Assembly (NCBI GenBank): GCA_937625935.1
Contig: OW569364.1
Location: 124,001-188,000, forward strand
Source: Tetramitus jugosus
Taxonomy: Eukaryota; Protista; Heterolobosea
Length of the DNA stretch: 64,000 bases
Reading direction: 5' to 3'
Shown here: positions 22,841 through 34,542 of the stretch, piece after piece
Position numbering within the stretch: the first letter of the stretch is position 1
How the letters are laid out: each line of letters begins with the position of its first letter
Position numbers and translations under genes: made by a program
The notes under the pieces: model-generated
What the model was told of the DNA's origin: nothing
The model's input: only the letters and a program-made list of their open reading frames with translations
Database searches by the model: none

Positions 22841-25525
22841 ATGTCGTTTCATCATGGCTACTTGGAAGCCAATGAGTACCACTTTAAAGATTTTGAGGGA
22901 TCTGTCGCTTATAGAACCATCGATGACAGCTATGAAGCCAAAGTGAAGCTCATAGTGACTTCTCATCACTTATTTGTCGATTTTCTTGGCAAAAATGAGA
23001 ACTTAATAAGAGGAAACAGAAACCAATGCTCATTGTTTCCCTTGTTGTTAAAAATTAGCTATTCAAGCGTTGAGAATGTCAATTTGAACACCAATGGTTC
23101 TCTGATGGAAGAAGTGACCATCCAATCGAACAAAGTTGTAGAATATAGAACGCTTGAGGAAACGAGCGTTCTAGATAGAGTGTTAATGTCCGTCATAAAT
23201 GTTGGTGCTGACTTTTTCTCATTGTTTAACAACATGAAAGTCATCTGTGGAGGAGATGAGGACGACAATCAATTGGACTCTGCCATACTTAAACACGAAC
23301 TATCGTCGATAGAAGAAGTTCTAAAACACTTGAATACCAAGAACATTAGTACTACTTATCATTCGACAGTATTTATGGTGGATCTCTATTTTAGAGACAG
23401 GGGAATGATACTCCTGGGTGATGATAGTTTGTTCTTCTTTTCATTTCGGAGTCCACTCTCTGATTTTGTTCAAGTGGAACAAGATGCGATTGTGAAGGTA
23501 GAAAAGAAGCCGTGGCGAATGCATAAGACAGCATTAGAAGTCTACTATGAGAGTGTCGCGACTGGAAGTATTTTTATTGCATTCTCTTCGGCAAAGGAAA
23601 GAGATGTATTCTACGACAAGCTCAGTGGTCTTCCCAGTGTAAAACGGAACTCATTCTCTCTAGAAGATTGTACGAAACAGTGGAGTGAGAAGTTACTAAC
23701 AAATTACGAGTATCTCATGATTCTTAATGAACGGAGTGGTAGAACTTTTCATGATATCAGTCAATATCCAATCTTTCCTTGGGTGCTTAAAGAGTTCGAG
23801 AGTTGTAAGATAGACATTTCCCATTCCAAATTTTATAGAGATTTGTCTGTCTCAATCAAAGAAAAATCAAACTTGGGATGTCTTCTCCACGCAGACAATG
23901 TTGCGAGATATCTAGGCAAGAAACATCGAATGTTGTTCTCATCGACTGATCCTTTTGTGGGATTAAATAAGGAATGGAACTTAGCCAAAAACTCAACTAC
24001 AACAATCAACGAAGTAATGCCAGAATTCTATCGCGATTCAGAATTCTATGGAAGTTGCAAGGAGGATCAGTATCCGAAGTGGGCAAAAAATAGCAGAGAG
24101 GTGATGCTAATCATGAGAGGCTCCCTAGAAAGTTCAGTAGTGAACAAAACGATTCATAGATGGATAGACAATACCTTTGGTGTCGGACAGAGGTCTAATG
24201 ATGTATATGTAGAGGATCCAATCATTAATAAGAAACCTAATGGATTGATTTCTCTATCGAGTAATCCGGAACCCTTGTTTTCGAAGAGACACCCACCGAG
24301 AGAATCTTCGAACACTTTAAACTCCAATTTTGATCAGACTAGAACCTTGAAACAACAATACGAAATAGATGTCGTTAAGAAGGATGAGCTAATCAATAAT
24401 CTTCGACAGATTGTTCAGGTGCTTGAGCAAAAGTTGGATAGGAAAAGCACTGGGGAGATTCAAACCTCCCAGAATTCAATAGATAACCCGAAGGGTACTA
24501 ATTTCCTAATGAAAGACTTATCGCCAGAGGAAGCAATATCTTCTCTAGAGAAAGAAGACAGAATAAGAGAACAACAACAGATGATAGATGAATTGGCCGA
24601 CCAGTTGTTGAGCTCTCAACTCAAATACAGTGAGTTAGAGGAAAAGTATAACACTCAAGTACTCGCTCGTGGTCGTCTCAGAGGTCATAATTCGGTAGCC
24701 AAGTGGGAATCAATGTTCAACGAATTATCAGGAAAGTATGATCAACTATACAAATCTTACAAGTGCACAGTAGAGGAAAGAAATGGACTCAAACAAAAGA
24801 ATAAGGACGCTTTATCTTCTCTTAGTAGTGCCGAGAAACAAATGACGAGAGAAGTCGGAGCACTCGAGAGTAAGTTACAACAAACGTTAAAAGAAAAGCT
24901 CACAATCTATGATAAGCAACTGGAACTGGAGAATAAGTACAATCAGTTGCAAACCGATTATCGCCAGTTAAGGATTAATATGCACTTCTTGGAACAGAAG
25001 GTTCGAGATGACACCAAAATACGAGAAAAAACTCAAAGTTTGTTGTCAGAGGCGACTCACAGAATTCCTACCTCCATAGGAATATATGGCAAACAAGAGG
25101 GAGAGATAGACTTTGATGTTAGGTCCTTGAACGACACACTATTGTCACCACCAGAGAAGATTTCTCCATTCATACGCAACAAGAGACCTGTGGTCAATAG
25201 GAGTTTTTCTTCAGTTGACGATCTGGAGACATCAGAGCTTGATTTATCTGTGCGTTCATCTTCCCCAACCTCCAGAATCTCCACCAAGTCAAGATATTCT
25301 GAACCTTCAACATTATCACGTTCTCCAATTCGAACAACTTCACCAACCATCACACGATCCCCTACTCAGAGAACTGGATCACCTTCAAATGGAGCGAGAA
25401 GACCTGCGACTTCTCCTGGAATTAATTCGAAAACTCATGTGAGTGCCAGCAAGAAGCACTCAATTGCTTCACTTCCAAAGACGCAATCAAATACTAAGGG
25501 TGCAGGAAGTCCAATATTTAAATGA
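22841..25525 (+). CDS. FAN/NSMAF-like PH-BEACH protein with shortened BEACH domain and coiled-coil/Ser-Pro tail
   Basis: LTNYEYLMILNERSGRTFHDISQYPIFPWVL, YRDLS, EVMPEFY, PKWA, IHRWID..FG. Confidence 0.85.
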   Translation: MSFHHGYLEANEYHFKDFEGSVAYRTIDDSYEAKVKLIVTSHHLFVDFLGKNENLIRGNRNQCSLFPLLLKISYSSVENVNLNTNGSLMEEVTIQSNKVVEYRTLEETSVLDRVLMSVINVGADFFSLFNNMKVICGGDEDDNQLDSAILKHELSSIEEVLKHLNTKNISTTYHSTVFMVDLYFRDRGMILLGDDSLFFFSFRSPLSDFVQVEQDAIVKVEKKPWRMHKTALEVYYESVATGSIFIAFSSAKERDVFYDKLSGLPSVKRNSFSLEDCTKQWSEKLLTNYEYLMILNERSGRTFHDISQYPIFPWVLKEFESCKIDISHSKFYRDLSVSIKEKSNLGCLLHADNVARYLGKKHRMLFSSTDPFVGLNKEWNLAKNSTTTINEVMPEFYRDSEFYGSCKEDQYPKWAKNSREVMLIMRGSLESSVVNKTIHRWIDNTFGVGQRSNDVYVEDPIINKKPNGLISLSSNPEPLFSKRHPPRESSNTLNSNFDQTRTLKQQYEIDVVKKDELINNLRQIVQVLEQKLDRKSTGEIQTSQNSIDNPKGTNFLMKDLSPEEAISSLEKEDRIREQQQMIDELADQLLSSQLKYSELEEKYNTQVLARGRLRGHNSVAKWESMFNELSGKYDQLYKSYKCTVEERNGLKQKNKDALSSLSSAEKQMTREVGALESKLQQTLKEKLTIYDKQLELENKYNQLQTDYRQLRINMHFLEQKVRDDTKIREKTQSLLSEATHRIPTSIGIYGKQEGEIDFDVRSLNDTLLSPPEKISPFIRNKRPVVNRSFSSVDDLETSELDLSVRSSSPTSRISTKSRYSEPSTLSRSPIRTTSPTITRSPTQRTGSPSNGARRPATSPGINSKTHVSASKKHSIASLPKTQSNTKGAGSPIFK

Positions 25526-25632
25526 TCAGATCTTACTGCCAGGTTAAAGCCGTTGAAAAGAAGGCCTTAATATTATTCATTGGAAGTTCGAAATATCCAA
25601 TCTTCTTCTTGTTACAAGTTCATTGGTCAACT

Positions 25633-26691
25633 TTATTGATAATCTTCGATCAGTTTTTCGCTGACACCAATAAGTTGTTGCTGCAAAGATTTATCTTTAG
25701 CATAATGGCCGGTCTCTCTTGGCTTCAAATCATCCAAGTACAGTCCATTATAAGCGAGTGCCTTTGGTGAAGCAGCAGCAAATATGGAGGTCTGGGCACC
25801 TGCCTGAGTCGACTTGAAGAACATGAACTGAAGCAACAGATAGAATGGCACGACGAATATTCTTTTCCATAGTGGCCATTCATACACTTCACGGTCCATG
25901 TCTGATTTGATTGCTCCAGGGTGGAGTGAAACTACAACTACATTCTTTGTTCCCTCTTCTTTCAAAGTGTTTGTCAAATGCTGTGCATGGTAAATGTTGC
26001 ACAACTTTGTGAAACCATACTGTTTGAGAATACTGGCTGTCTTGATAGCACTCTTCTTCAATACAGGCAACTTTGTGTGCCTCTCAAGGTTGTCACTCGT
26101 CAACTCTGACACCATTTCGTGTGCCCCAGACGCCACAATCACCACTCTTCCGGGATCCTGTTCCGTGTTACTCTGCTTCAACAGTGGCAACAATTTCTTG
26201 GTGAGCAAGTAATGACCCAAATGATTCGTTGCGAACATTGGTTCCACACCTGTCGTCGCCTCCTCAACATTATTCGTCATGGTTGCCATTCCTGCATTGT
26301 TGATCAACACATTCAACGGCAAGTTCAATTTCTTGAAATTTTCCACAAATTGAACCACACTATCCAAATTACTCAGATCCAGTTTGAGCACCGTAATTTG
26401 ACCTCCGTTGGCACTCTTGTTTGTGTCGCGGCAATCCTGTTCAATGTCTTGTTTGGCCTTGTTGCCCTTGTCGACGGATCGAACAGCAATAATAACATGT
26501 GCACCACTCTTGACCAGTGCTCTTGCAGTGTACAGTCCAATTCCAGTGTTGCTACCAGTGACGATCACAACCTTGTTCTTCATGCTTACACTCTCATCTG
26601 TGTAGACAGTGGTCAGAGTGACATAGAGCTTGCATGCAATGGCAAACAATGGGGGAACAGCGAGAATCCAGGGCAATAGAGTATGGCTCAT
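25633..26691 (-). CDS. Short-chain dehydrogenase/reductase (retinol dehydrogenase-like)
   Basis: TGSNTGIG, NNAG, YGFTK, HPG. Confidence 0.93.
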   Translation of the reverse strand: MSHTLLPWILAVPPLFAIACKLYVTLTTVYTDESVSMKNKVVIVTGSNTGIGLYTARALVKSGAHVIIAVRSVDKGNKAKQDIEQDCRDTNKSANGGQITVLKLDLSNLDSVVQFVENFKKLNLPLNVLINNAGMATMTNNVEEATTGVEPMFATNHLGHYLLTKKLLPLLKQSNTEQDPGRVVIVASGAHEMVSELTSDNLERHTKLPVLKKSAIKTASILKQYGFTKLCNIYHAQHLTNTLKEEGTKNVVVVSLHPGAIKSDMDREVYEWPLWKRIFVVPFYLLLQFMFFKSTQAGAQTSIFAAASPKALAYNGLYLDDLKPRETGHYAKDKSLQQQLIGVSEKLIEDYQ

Positions 26692-26975
26692 TTTTATTCA
26701 GTCTTGTTTCTTGTTTGTTGGTGTTTGCTCAGAAGTTGCCATGTTCTTCCGCTCTGATAAGAAAGTTCTGATTGTGCGCAGCAATTCCGCAATGCCATGA
26801 TCTGAACTATATGGCGAATTTGAGGATTTTGTAAGGTGAAGTCAATGGAGGTTTTCTTTGTGGCTCACACTTTCGGTCCTAGTCAAGACTTAGTAGTTGA
26901 CCTCTAGGGTGCAACAGACTTATCTTTGTGCACCACCCAACAAAAATCAACAATTAGTACAAACAAAAAAAACCA

Positions 26976-27359
26976 ATGCCAATCAAGGAGCTGTCCACAC
27001 TGACTGATTTACAATTGATTTTGTCTCCATCCAACTACAATCCTCTGGGTAAGATTGTAGTGTACGTTTACGAAGAAGGATCTCCCAATCACACTGAGAT
27101 GAAAGCAACTTTGGAGCTCATTTCCCGTGAATGCCCTCACAGTCAATTCTATTGCACAAGTATGGAGATTCTGAATATGGCAGACGATTCAAACGAAATT
27201 GACTTTGTAGAGTCACTTGGCATTTTTGCATATCCAGTGTTCATTGTACGAGGCAGAGATCAGAGAAATGTACTGCAGATCTCAACTCGGATCAACCTGG
27301 TGAATTCGATGAAAAAAGTCGGTGTTCTAAAGGAGGAAGCGAACATCTCCCTGCAATAA
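26976..27359 (+). CDS. Thioredoxin/phosducin-like fold protein lacking CxxC
   Basis: IVVYVY..SPNH..M...LE.IS..P...F and GI.AYP.F.V follow the Trx-fold pattern; the active site reads SPNH. Confidence 0.55.
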   Translation: MPIKELSTLTDLQLILSPSNYNPLGKIVVYVYEEGSPNHTEMKATLELISRECPHSQFYCTSMEILNMADDSNEIDFVESLGIFAYPVFIVRGRDQRNVLQISTRINLVNSMKKVGVLKEEANISLQ

Positions 27360-27404
27360 AAGAAAATGAGATTCAGTTCAGAGTTTTATGATTCACCCTT
27401 GAAC

Positions 27405-28638
27405 TTAGTTCTGTTGTTGTTGTTCTGGTTGCTCAGTGTTCTCATCTGTGTTTTGATTTGTATCAGCAGAGGTCTCCAGTGGTGTTCCTCGTTGCTCAAC
27501 CAACTGCTCACTCACTCTCCACAATCGTTCAATCATATCTTCATTCTGTGCGAGTGCATTTGGCTTGGCCATTCTTGTCTGATTAAAGTACTCTCCCTTG
27601 TATTCGTTCAAATTTGGCTCTGTTGATGCCCACACGATATACTTGCTAATCTCTTCAGGTTTCTTCAGCATTCTAAATGTCTTGAGGAATTGAAGGACTT
27701 GAGGGTTTCCGAATTTGTCATAAAAGTGAGTGAGTGCAGCTCCTGGATGAATGGCATTGACAGCAATAGGAGAATTCATTGCGTCCAATGCTCTTTGAAG
27801 ACCAAAGGTGAACATAATGAGAGACATCTTGGAAAAGGCATATGCATGAGTCGAATAATACTTTAGCTCTTGTAACTGTTCCATTGTCAATGCTGGCTGA
27901 TCCTGTTGTCCTTCTTGCTGCTCAACATCTTGAGTCAAAATGGAAGGCAAGGCCAACTCTCCGTGAGGACCCTTCATTGGATTGTAAAACTCTGAAACAT
28001 CATCTGGCACATGAGAATTGAACTTTGAGGCATCATTCAAAAAGAAATGAGCCTTCGAAGTCACATTGGTAATTCTGGATTGAGCTTGATCAGTCACCGA
28101 AGATGCCATCAGAGGCAACAACAACTGTGTCAAATAGAAATGAGACAGATAGTTGACTTGAAAGTGTGTTTCAATGTTTTGAGCAGAGATTGGATTGAGA
28201 TGACGCACAGCATTGCTATCCCACATGCCAAAACCAGCATTATTAATCAAATGATGTAGCTCTCCATGCTCAGCAAGCACCTTGTCTGCTGCGAGCTTCA
28301 CCTGTGAGAGATCATTGAGATCCATGGACACAAAGTGAACATTCTTGTTTTGTGTCGCGTCTTGAATTTTGGCCACTGTTTCTGCTCCCTTGATATCGTC
28401 TCTTGTGGCACAAATGACCTTGGATCCCAAGTTGGCAAAACGAACAGCTGTAGCATAACCCTATATAGATCACAATAAGCACACAACAACGCAAAGCATG
28501 TTTTTTCTGCTTTAGCTCATGAGGACACAAAAAATCAAAAGAAATGCATACCAAACCAGAGTTAGCTCCAGTAATGAGAACTGTCCTGTTTTCTGCGCAT
28601 GCCTTTATCGTTGATAAGCCAGAGTGTTTGTTTCCCAT
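27405..28638 (-). CDS. Short-chain dehydrogenase/reductase; intron 28461-28551
   Basis: TGANSGL|GYATA across the intron, NNAG, YAFSK, HPG; N-terminal MGNK (possible myristoylation). Confidence 0.9.
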
Positions 28639-28897
28639 TTTCACACAGATTTTTGGCGGCAAAACATGCAGATTTTTAGCGGCGAAATGATAATCAGATT
28701 TGTGTCAATAATACCATTTCCGGTACTTAAGACCAAACGGACACTTTACAATAGCACATTATTTCACGTTTAGCCATATCAGGACGCGTGTTGGGTTCGA
28801 GATTTGGATGGTTAGTTGGTTTTAACAACTTTTCTCTCCGGGTTGATGTGTCCCTTGTCCGTTTTGATCACCTCCACCATTCAAATAACAAATACAG

Positions 28898-29971
28898 ATG
28901 ATACCAAACGACGAAGACTCTGACAACACACGGAACACCAACGTCGTCTCACGTGAGCCATCTGATGCTGCTGCCACACAAGCACCACCGGTGGTGACAC
29001 AACAAGAGGAGGACTCTCCCAGGAACACGATTGTCACTGCTTTCGAAGGTGACCAACGAGGAAGCACAAGCAACAGCAGCACTCGAAGATCCACGACAGA
29101 CAGCACCACCAACAGCGCAAGAACAACAGTGTTTCATCTCAATGAAAGCCATAGAACACAGTCGAGAGGAAGAAAAAGAGCCTATCCAGGTCAGTCGTAC
29201 TTCAAATGGAAGGACGATTCAATCAAGCAACAACCAGTCAGCGCAAAGAAATGGAAACAACTCAGTCCTAATGACTACATCCGAAAGGCGAACACCACTG
29301 AATATCAGAGTACGAGCAGCACCAGCAACAGTAGCACCAGCATGAGTAATGACTTCAACCAAAATGCGACGAGCAGCGGGATGATTTACAGCGGAAGGGG
29401 GACACTGAGTACGACTGCTGGAATGGAAGAAAGCATGAACCGAACAAGCACAACAACGAACAATTCTGGAAGTGCTCCGCAATTGATGCAACAATCGATT
29501 GAGCAAACTGGAGGATCGGGTAGTGTCGAAATTGACTTTATTCTTGATAGAAGAGGTGCGAATGTGTTTGTGAATGAATCGAGCGACTTTTATGCAGCAC
29601 CGTTGTTGCGGCAGAATCATCAAACGAGATCAAACGTAACGTTTCAACGAGATACAGTCGAGCTATCAGTATCCCCTCCACTCCCTTCTCTTCAAACATG
29701 GCAGGAGCCACAACCAACTAGGATATTTTCCCAACAATCGAACTCTGGGGTATATGAGAGAAGTGAGCTCCTGAGCTCTCGAATGCCAAATGATTTAAAA
29801 GAGGGAGCTGCTATGAATGAAGGAATCACCACGTCAACCAATCAAATGCGCACTGTGGTTCGACGAGAAGAACCCGAACCAACACAAGAAAATGAGCAGG
29901 AGAAAAAGAGACGGAGATTGGAACGAATAGCGATCAAAAATTTACTAAACTATGATAATAATTCTGACTAA
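28898..29971 (+). CDS. Disordered S/T-rich hypothetical nuclear protein
   Basis: 357-aa ORF with NLS-like RGRKR and KKRRR and C-terminal IAIKNLLN. Confidence 0.65.
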   Translation: MIPNDEDSDNTRNTNVVSREPSDAAATQAPPVVTQQEEDSPRNTIVTAFEGDQRGSTSNSSTRRSTTDSTTNSARTTVFHLNESHRTQSRGRKRAYPGQSYFKWKDDSIKQQPVSAKKWKQLSPNDYIRKANTTEYQSTSSTSNSSTSMSNDFNQNATSSGMIYSGRGTLSTTAGMEESMNRTSTTTNNSGSAPQLMQQSIEQTGGSGSVEIDFILDRRGANVFVNESSDFYAAPLLRQNHQTRSNVTFQRDTVELSVSPPLPSLQTWQEPQPTRIFSQQSNSGVYERSELLSSRMPNDLKEGAAMNEGITTSTNQMRTVVRREEPEPTQENEQEKKRRRLERIAIKNLLNYDNNSD

Positions 29972-30071
29972 CAGAACTCTCATTAAAGAAACTCTCTCGT
30001 TTATTGTTTGCATTCTAGAATGGTAGATTGTCGTTTAGCCCTTCAAAATTGACTGATCACACATACATGCT

Positions 30072-31274
30072 CTAATAGTTAACAGTTTTCTTGATCAATT
30101 CAAAGTTCTTAACAGCGTCAGGAACGTAGAACTTTTCGTGAACAAGTGGGAATGGAGTATCGAGACCGCACACTCTCATCACTGGTGCCTCCAAGTGCAA
30201 GAAGCACTTTTCTTGAATCGTAGCAGCGACTTCAGCACCGAATCCACCAGTCAATGGAGCTTCATGACTAATCAGACATCTTCCAGTCTTGTGAACAGAG
30301 TTGACAACAGTTTCCACATCCCATGGCAAAATAGTTCTCAAATCAATCAATTCACAGTCAATTCCAATCTCAGCAGCCATTGCACATGCCTTCTCAAGCA
30401 CATACATTTGACTTCCCCAACCAATGATGGTAATGTCCTTACCCTCCTTGATCACTTCAGCCTTACCAATTGGCAGTGTGTAGTCACCGACTGGAACTTT
30501 GCACTCGGAGCTACGATACAAAATCTTTGGCTCAAAGAAAATGACAGGGTTAGGATCACGGATGGAAGCCAACAAGAGACCCTTTGCCTGCAATGGATTT
30601 CTAGGGATCACAACCTTCAAACCAGGCGTATGTGCAAAATAGGCTTCAGGACTCTGAGAGTGATAATGACCACCATGACCCACAGCAGAGCATGGAGATC
30701 GGAATGTTAATCCTCCGACATTGAACAAATTTCCGCTTCTGTATCTGTATTTGGCCGCCTCATTTACGATTTGATCAAAAGCAGGGAAAATATAATCAGC
30801 AAATTGAATCTCAGCGACTGGTGTATAGCCCAGAGCTGCCATACCAATTGCAAATCCAGCAATGCCTTGCTCCGACAGCGGAGTATTAAAAACTCTATTT
30901 TTTCCGTGCTTCTCTAGCAAGTCAACAGTACAACGGAACACGCCTCCAAATGCGACATCCTCTCCAAAAACAGCAGTCTTTTCATCAGTGTCCATTGCAA
31001 TTTTCAATGCATCATTGACAGCTGTACAAAGATTGATTTCTCTAGAGTTTTGAGCTTCGACATCAATCTCTGACTTGGTGTAGTTGTAGACGAGCTTTGG
31101 TGTAAAATGTTTGGAGGTGTACTTGCTCACGTCAACCTTTTGATTGTCGAGCGTTGAGCGAGCCGTGTAGACCATGCATCTCTTTTGTTGTTGTTTTTGT
31201 TGTTGTTGTTGTTGGAAAAGAGATTTGATGCAGGTGTTGACAAGGGTCCTGTTGTTCTTCTTGTTGATCATCAT
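30072..31274 (-). CDS. BCKDHB: Branched-chain 2-oxoacid dehydrogenase E1 beta
   Basis: [60 protein letters not shown]. Confidence 0.97.
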   Translation of the reverse strand: MMINKKNNRTLVNTCIKSLFQQQQQQKQQQKRCMVYTARSTLDNQKVDVSKYTSKHFTPKLVYNYTKSEIDVEAQNSREINLCTAVNDALKIAMDTDEKTAVFGEDVAFGGVFRCTVDLLEKHGKNRVFNTPLSEQGIAGFAIGMAALGYTPVAEIQFADYIFPAFDQIVNEAAKYRYRSGNLFNVGGLTFRSPCSAVGHGGHYHSQSPEAYFAHTPGLKVVIPRNPLQAKGLLLASIRDPNPVIFFEPKILYRSSECKVPVGDYTLPIGKAEVIKEGKDITIIGWGSQMYVLEKACAMAAEIGIDCELIDLRTILPWDVETVVNSVHKTGRCLISHEAPLTGGFGAEVAATIQEKCFLHLEAPVMRVCGLDTPFPLVHEKFYVPDAVKNFELIKKTVNY

Positions 31275-31869
31275 TATCGTTATTTTTTGGTGGTGTTGTG
31301 AACGTGTGAACGTGTGTTTGTTTTGATGTCGATGCTCTCTGGCTTTTTTTTTCCCCCAAGATTGATTTGTGTGATATCAATGACGATGCGACGTGTGTGA
31401 ACAACAGGGTGTTGGCCCAATATTTTTCGATGACGGGAAAATCTAATCGACTGATTACAATTGAAGGGACTTTTTGCTCCTCAACAACAAGTTGGGTGGT
31501 AAAAGGCACCACTGGTACCGAACTCTTTAATCATACGCACTTGATCCAGGGCCGATGGTATGTCAAATCTCACATATATGTGTATAGATCGATAATGGAA
31601 TTGAGTGTTTTGGTCAACTGGGCAGTTCATCCAATGACCAGCCCCTTTTTCGACATGAACAACTTCCTTCGTGTTCAACAGATTTTTTATTCAACTAACT
31701 GCAATAAAAAATGAATCTAATTTATTATGAACTGTTGCTACACTTACCAGGACAGAAGAATATCTCAACTTGACCCAGTTCAATACCCCAACCCTATCAT
31801 TGATTTGACTACAAACACAGAACCCGTGATGAAAACGGTTTGCTGTTAAAATGTTATACCACGGGAAGT

Positions 31870-33830
31870 CTACAAGATTTCTGGATACTTCTTCTTCAAC
31901 TCCATCAAGCCATTCTTCTTTCTTTCCCAGTATGGTTTCTGGTCATGGTAGAAATCATATTTCGCTCTTTTTTCTCTGTCGTAGTAAACTCCCAGAGCCA
32001 TCTTGTGTGGGTTGAATGTCTCGGCCAAGTTGTAAGTTCCTTCCAACAGGATACGATGCAATAATGCAGGCACCATCTCCGTCAGAAGATATGCAAGAGT
32101 TGAAATCTGGCCAATGACAATCTCCATCACCTCTGAAAGCCTCTTTTTTTTGTCAAGAGGTTCTTCTGCAATGGTCTTGCCAAACTCCAAAATTGCATTT
32201 CCATACACCTTTTGATCCGGACTTGAATGATTTAATTCATTGATGAATTGTTTGAATTCTGCTGATTCTCGATTCATGGTTTCATAACTCATGCGATAAG
32301 CTCGAGTAGTATACAACGAGTATCGGATGCTAATGAAATTGTAATTTCCTGGAAAGATGGTGTTCTCTGAAGCTTTGAACATAGTCTCGACAATACTCTT
32401 GACATTCTCAAATTGTTTTGTATAGGAGCTCTCTGCTTCATCACACCTAAGCCTGGCGAGGAAGTAAGCTTTGAAATCTTGATCTTCTTTACCCACATCC
32501 GTGTTGCTTTCTACATAATTTCTCAAAAGTTCCATTGAACCCTTAAACTTTTCTTGGAGGAATTCCATTGTATCCTTGTGAAGTCTCATTCTGGGTTCGA
32601 CAAGTAGTTTTCTCGGGAGATCGGTGGTAACTCCAACCGACTTCTCTATTCCACCTGATTGTCGCGCATTTGCATCCACCAATTTATAGTACTCATGGAA
32701 TGGCTGTGTCAAGATAACACGGCCGAGTATACCTGAAACAATTTTTTCATACTCATCCTTTAACAAAGTAGCAAAGATATCTTGTCCTAAAAGTCCACCC
32801 TTGATACTAGTTGAAACCTTCTCAATGAAGGGAATGTAACCTGAAGATGAAAAGGGAACAAATTGAGGTTCATTGTCCAAGAGTGCGGTAACTTCCGTTA
32901 AGGATTTCTTAATAGTATCTCTAAACTTATCTCCTCTTAGTAGATCCTTCATCTTGAAGATCAACTCATTAGCCAGATACTGTCTGAGTTGGTCAATGCC
33001 CAACTTCTTCTCTTCAACACAATGACCTAACAAGTTCTTTAGCTGTGTGGCCTCATACTCTCCAATTTCTTTGAACGAAGCTTCCTTATCGTCAGACTTG
33101 TTGATCACTCCAAACCAGCGCAAACCAAAGCCATCCTTTCCATTTAAAATGTTCTCAGCAACTTCAGCATTGCTACCTTCGTCAATCTTAGTGATAACTC
33201 CGACCACTCTGCTCTTCCAGCGCTCTCCCACCACTTCCTTTACAAAGTCATTGTTTTTCTATAAATTTCATTCAAAGCTTTACGCTTTTTGTCGATGTTG
33301 TTGTAGCCAGGAACATCTGTAAATGAGAGACTGACCTTGAACTCGTTGGATTCCACTAGAATCTTGATAGACTCAGATGAAAAATCGCCTTTGTTAAGTG
33401 TTTGATTGCGAGTCTTACGTCTCTTGTTGATGTCCTCCACAATCGTGGTGACCTCATCTCTCATTTCCTCAGGTGAATCATACTCTTTCCATACAGCTGA
33501 CCCAAAAGAGTATTGTTCAATCTTGATAGATTTTGACTTTTCTTCATCCCTTAATCTCTCTTGCTCTTCATAACTAATAGATAGCTTGAATTTTCCCTCG
33601 AGAGAAGGATTGTTCAAAACAGTGACTTCAATTGGACATTTAGTGCAAACACCGTTCTTCACAGGAAGAATGTTCATTCCAATAATTCTGGAGAGCAGGG
33701 AAGATTTTCCACTATTCTCAGCTCCGAGTACGACGATTGATGGTACCTTGAGGTCATGTTGCATATCAGCGGATAGGTGCTCCTTGAAATCTGCGAGAAG
33801 TCGAATCAAGTGGGTGTCTTGTAATTCCAT
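31870..33830 (-). pseudogene. Dynamin-family GTPase gene broken by a frameshift/deletion near 33255
   Basis: G1 GAENSGKS, G2 CTKCP and G3 DVPG lie in ORF 33240-33830. G4 TKID and WFGVIN lie in another frame (ORF 31870-33234). Confidence 0.8.
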
Positions 33831-34390
33831 GTTGTTTTGATTAATCAGTGGGATTAGGTTTGTTTTTGCTTTGTTGTTGGGAAGAAAGAAAGAACCTTTT
33901 GCTTTTAAAGTGTTGTAAATGAGAAACCGTTGCAGGACGGTCCAGGTCGTATATTTACGATTTTTTCGTTTCCTGCAAGTAGCGCGTCGTCACAACGCAT
34001 CCGACAACTCCAATTCTCCCGTTCGGTACAAACAAATCAATTTACAATTAAGTTATTATTCGATTTTCACCTTCACTTTTTACAACGCACATCACAGTAA
34101 TGTAGCAAGTACTGCATTCCCAGAGAGGCAACCTTGCTCCTCCGAGTTGTACAACTCGTTTGCTGATGGCATAACGGTTTCGTTATCCACGTGGATCGCA
34201 TCTCAGAAAGGCGTCAGCCACATGCGGAAGACTCCTCGGGCGGCGAGATAATTTTCCACGCGTCGGGCTTCCAGTTTGGACGGGCGATCGCCCAGATTGA
34301 AGTGTGGTGCATCTTCAGAAGGGGAACATGATTTATTTTTAATGTTGTAACAGCCCTCAACGAATTTTGAGGTGTGGGAGAACCCCCCAT

Positions 34391-34398
34391 TATAAATA
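34391..34398 (+). promoter_or_regulatory. TATA box candidate
   Basis: TATAAATA ~150 bp upstream of ATG 34543. Confidence 0.35.
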
Positions 34399-34542
34399 AG
34401 AGGTTTAGAAAGTTGTCTTGGGTTGAAGAATTAGTCAAAGTTGCATAAGTCGTCCTACAGCATAATCAAAGCTCACTTGTCTCTGATCCCTTCATTCGCT
34501 TGATCCAATCCTTTTCTCTCAACCACCCTCTTTTCTCTCACA

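Noticed and set aside
31367-31714. Small ORFs between BCKDHB and the dynamin-like gene
   Set aside because: No recognisable motif; overlapping candidates on both strands with non-ATG starts.
33255-33290. 25-nt GT...AG intron or programmed frameshift rescuing the dynamin gene
   Set aside because: Removing GTAAAG...TATAG gives an immediate stop, and a conserved strand is missing in either frame.
34222-34250. RNase P/MRP RNA (GGAAGACTCCTCGGGC resembles CR-I)
   Set aside because: I found no matching CR-V/P4 partner downstream; kept only as a generic palindrome-rich region.
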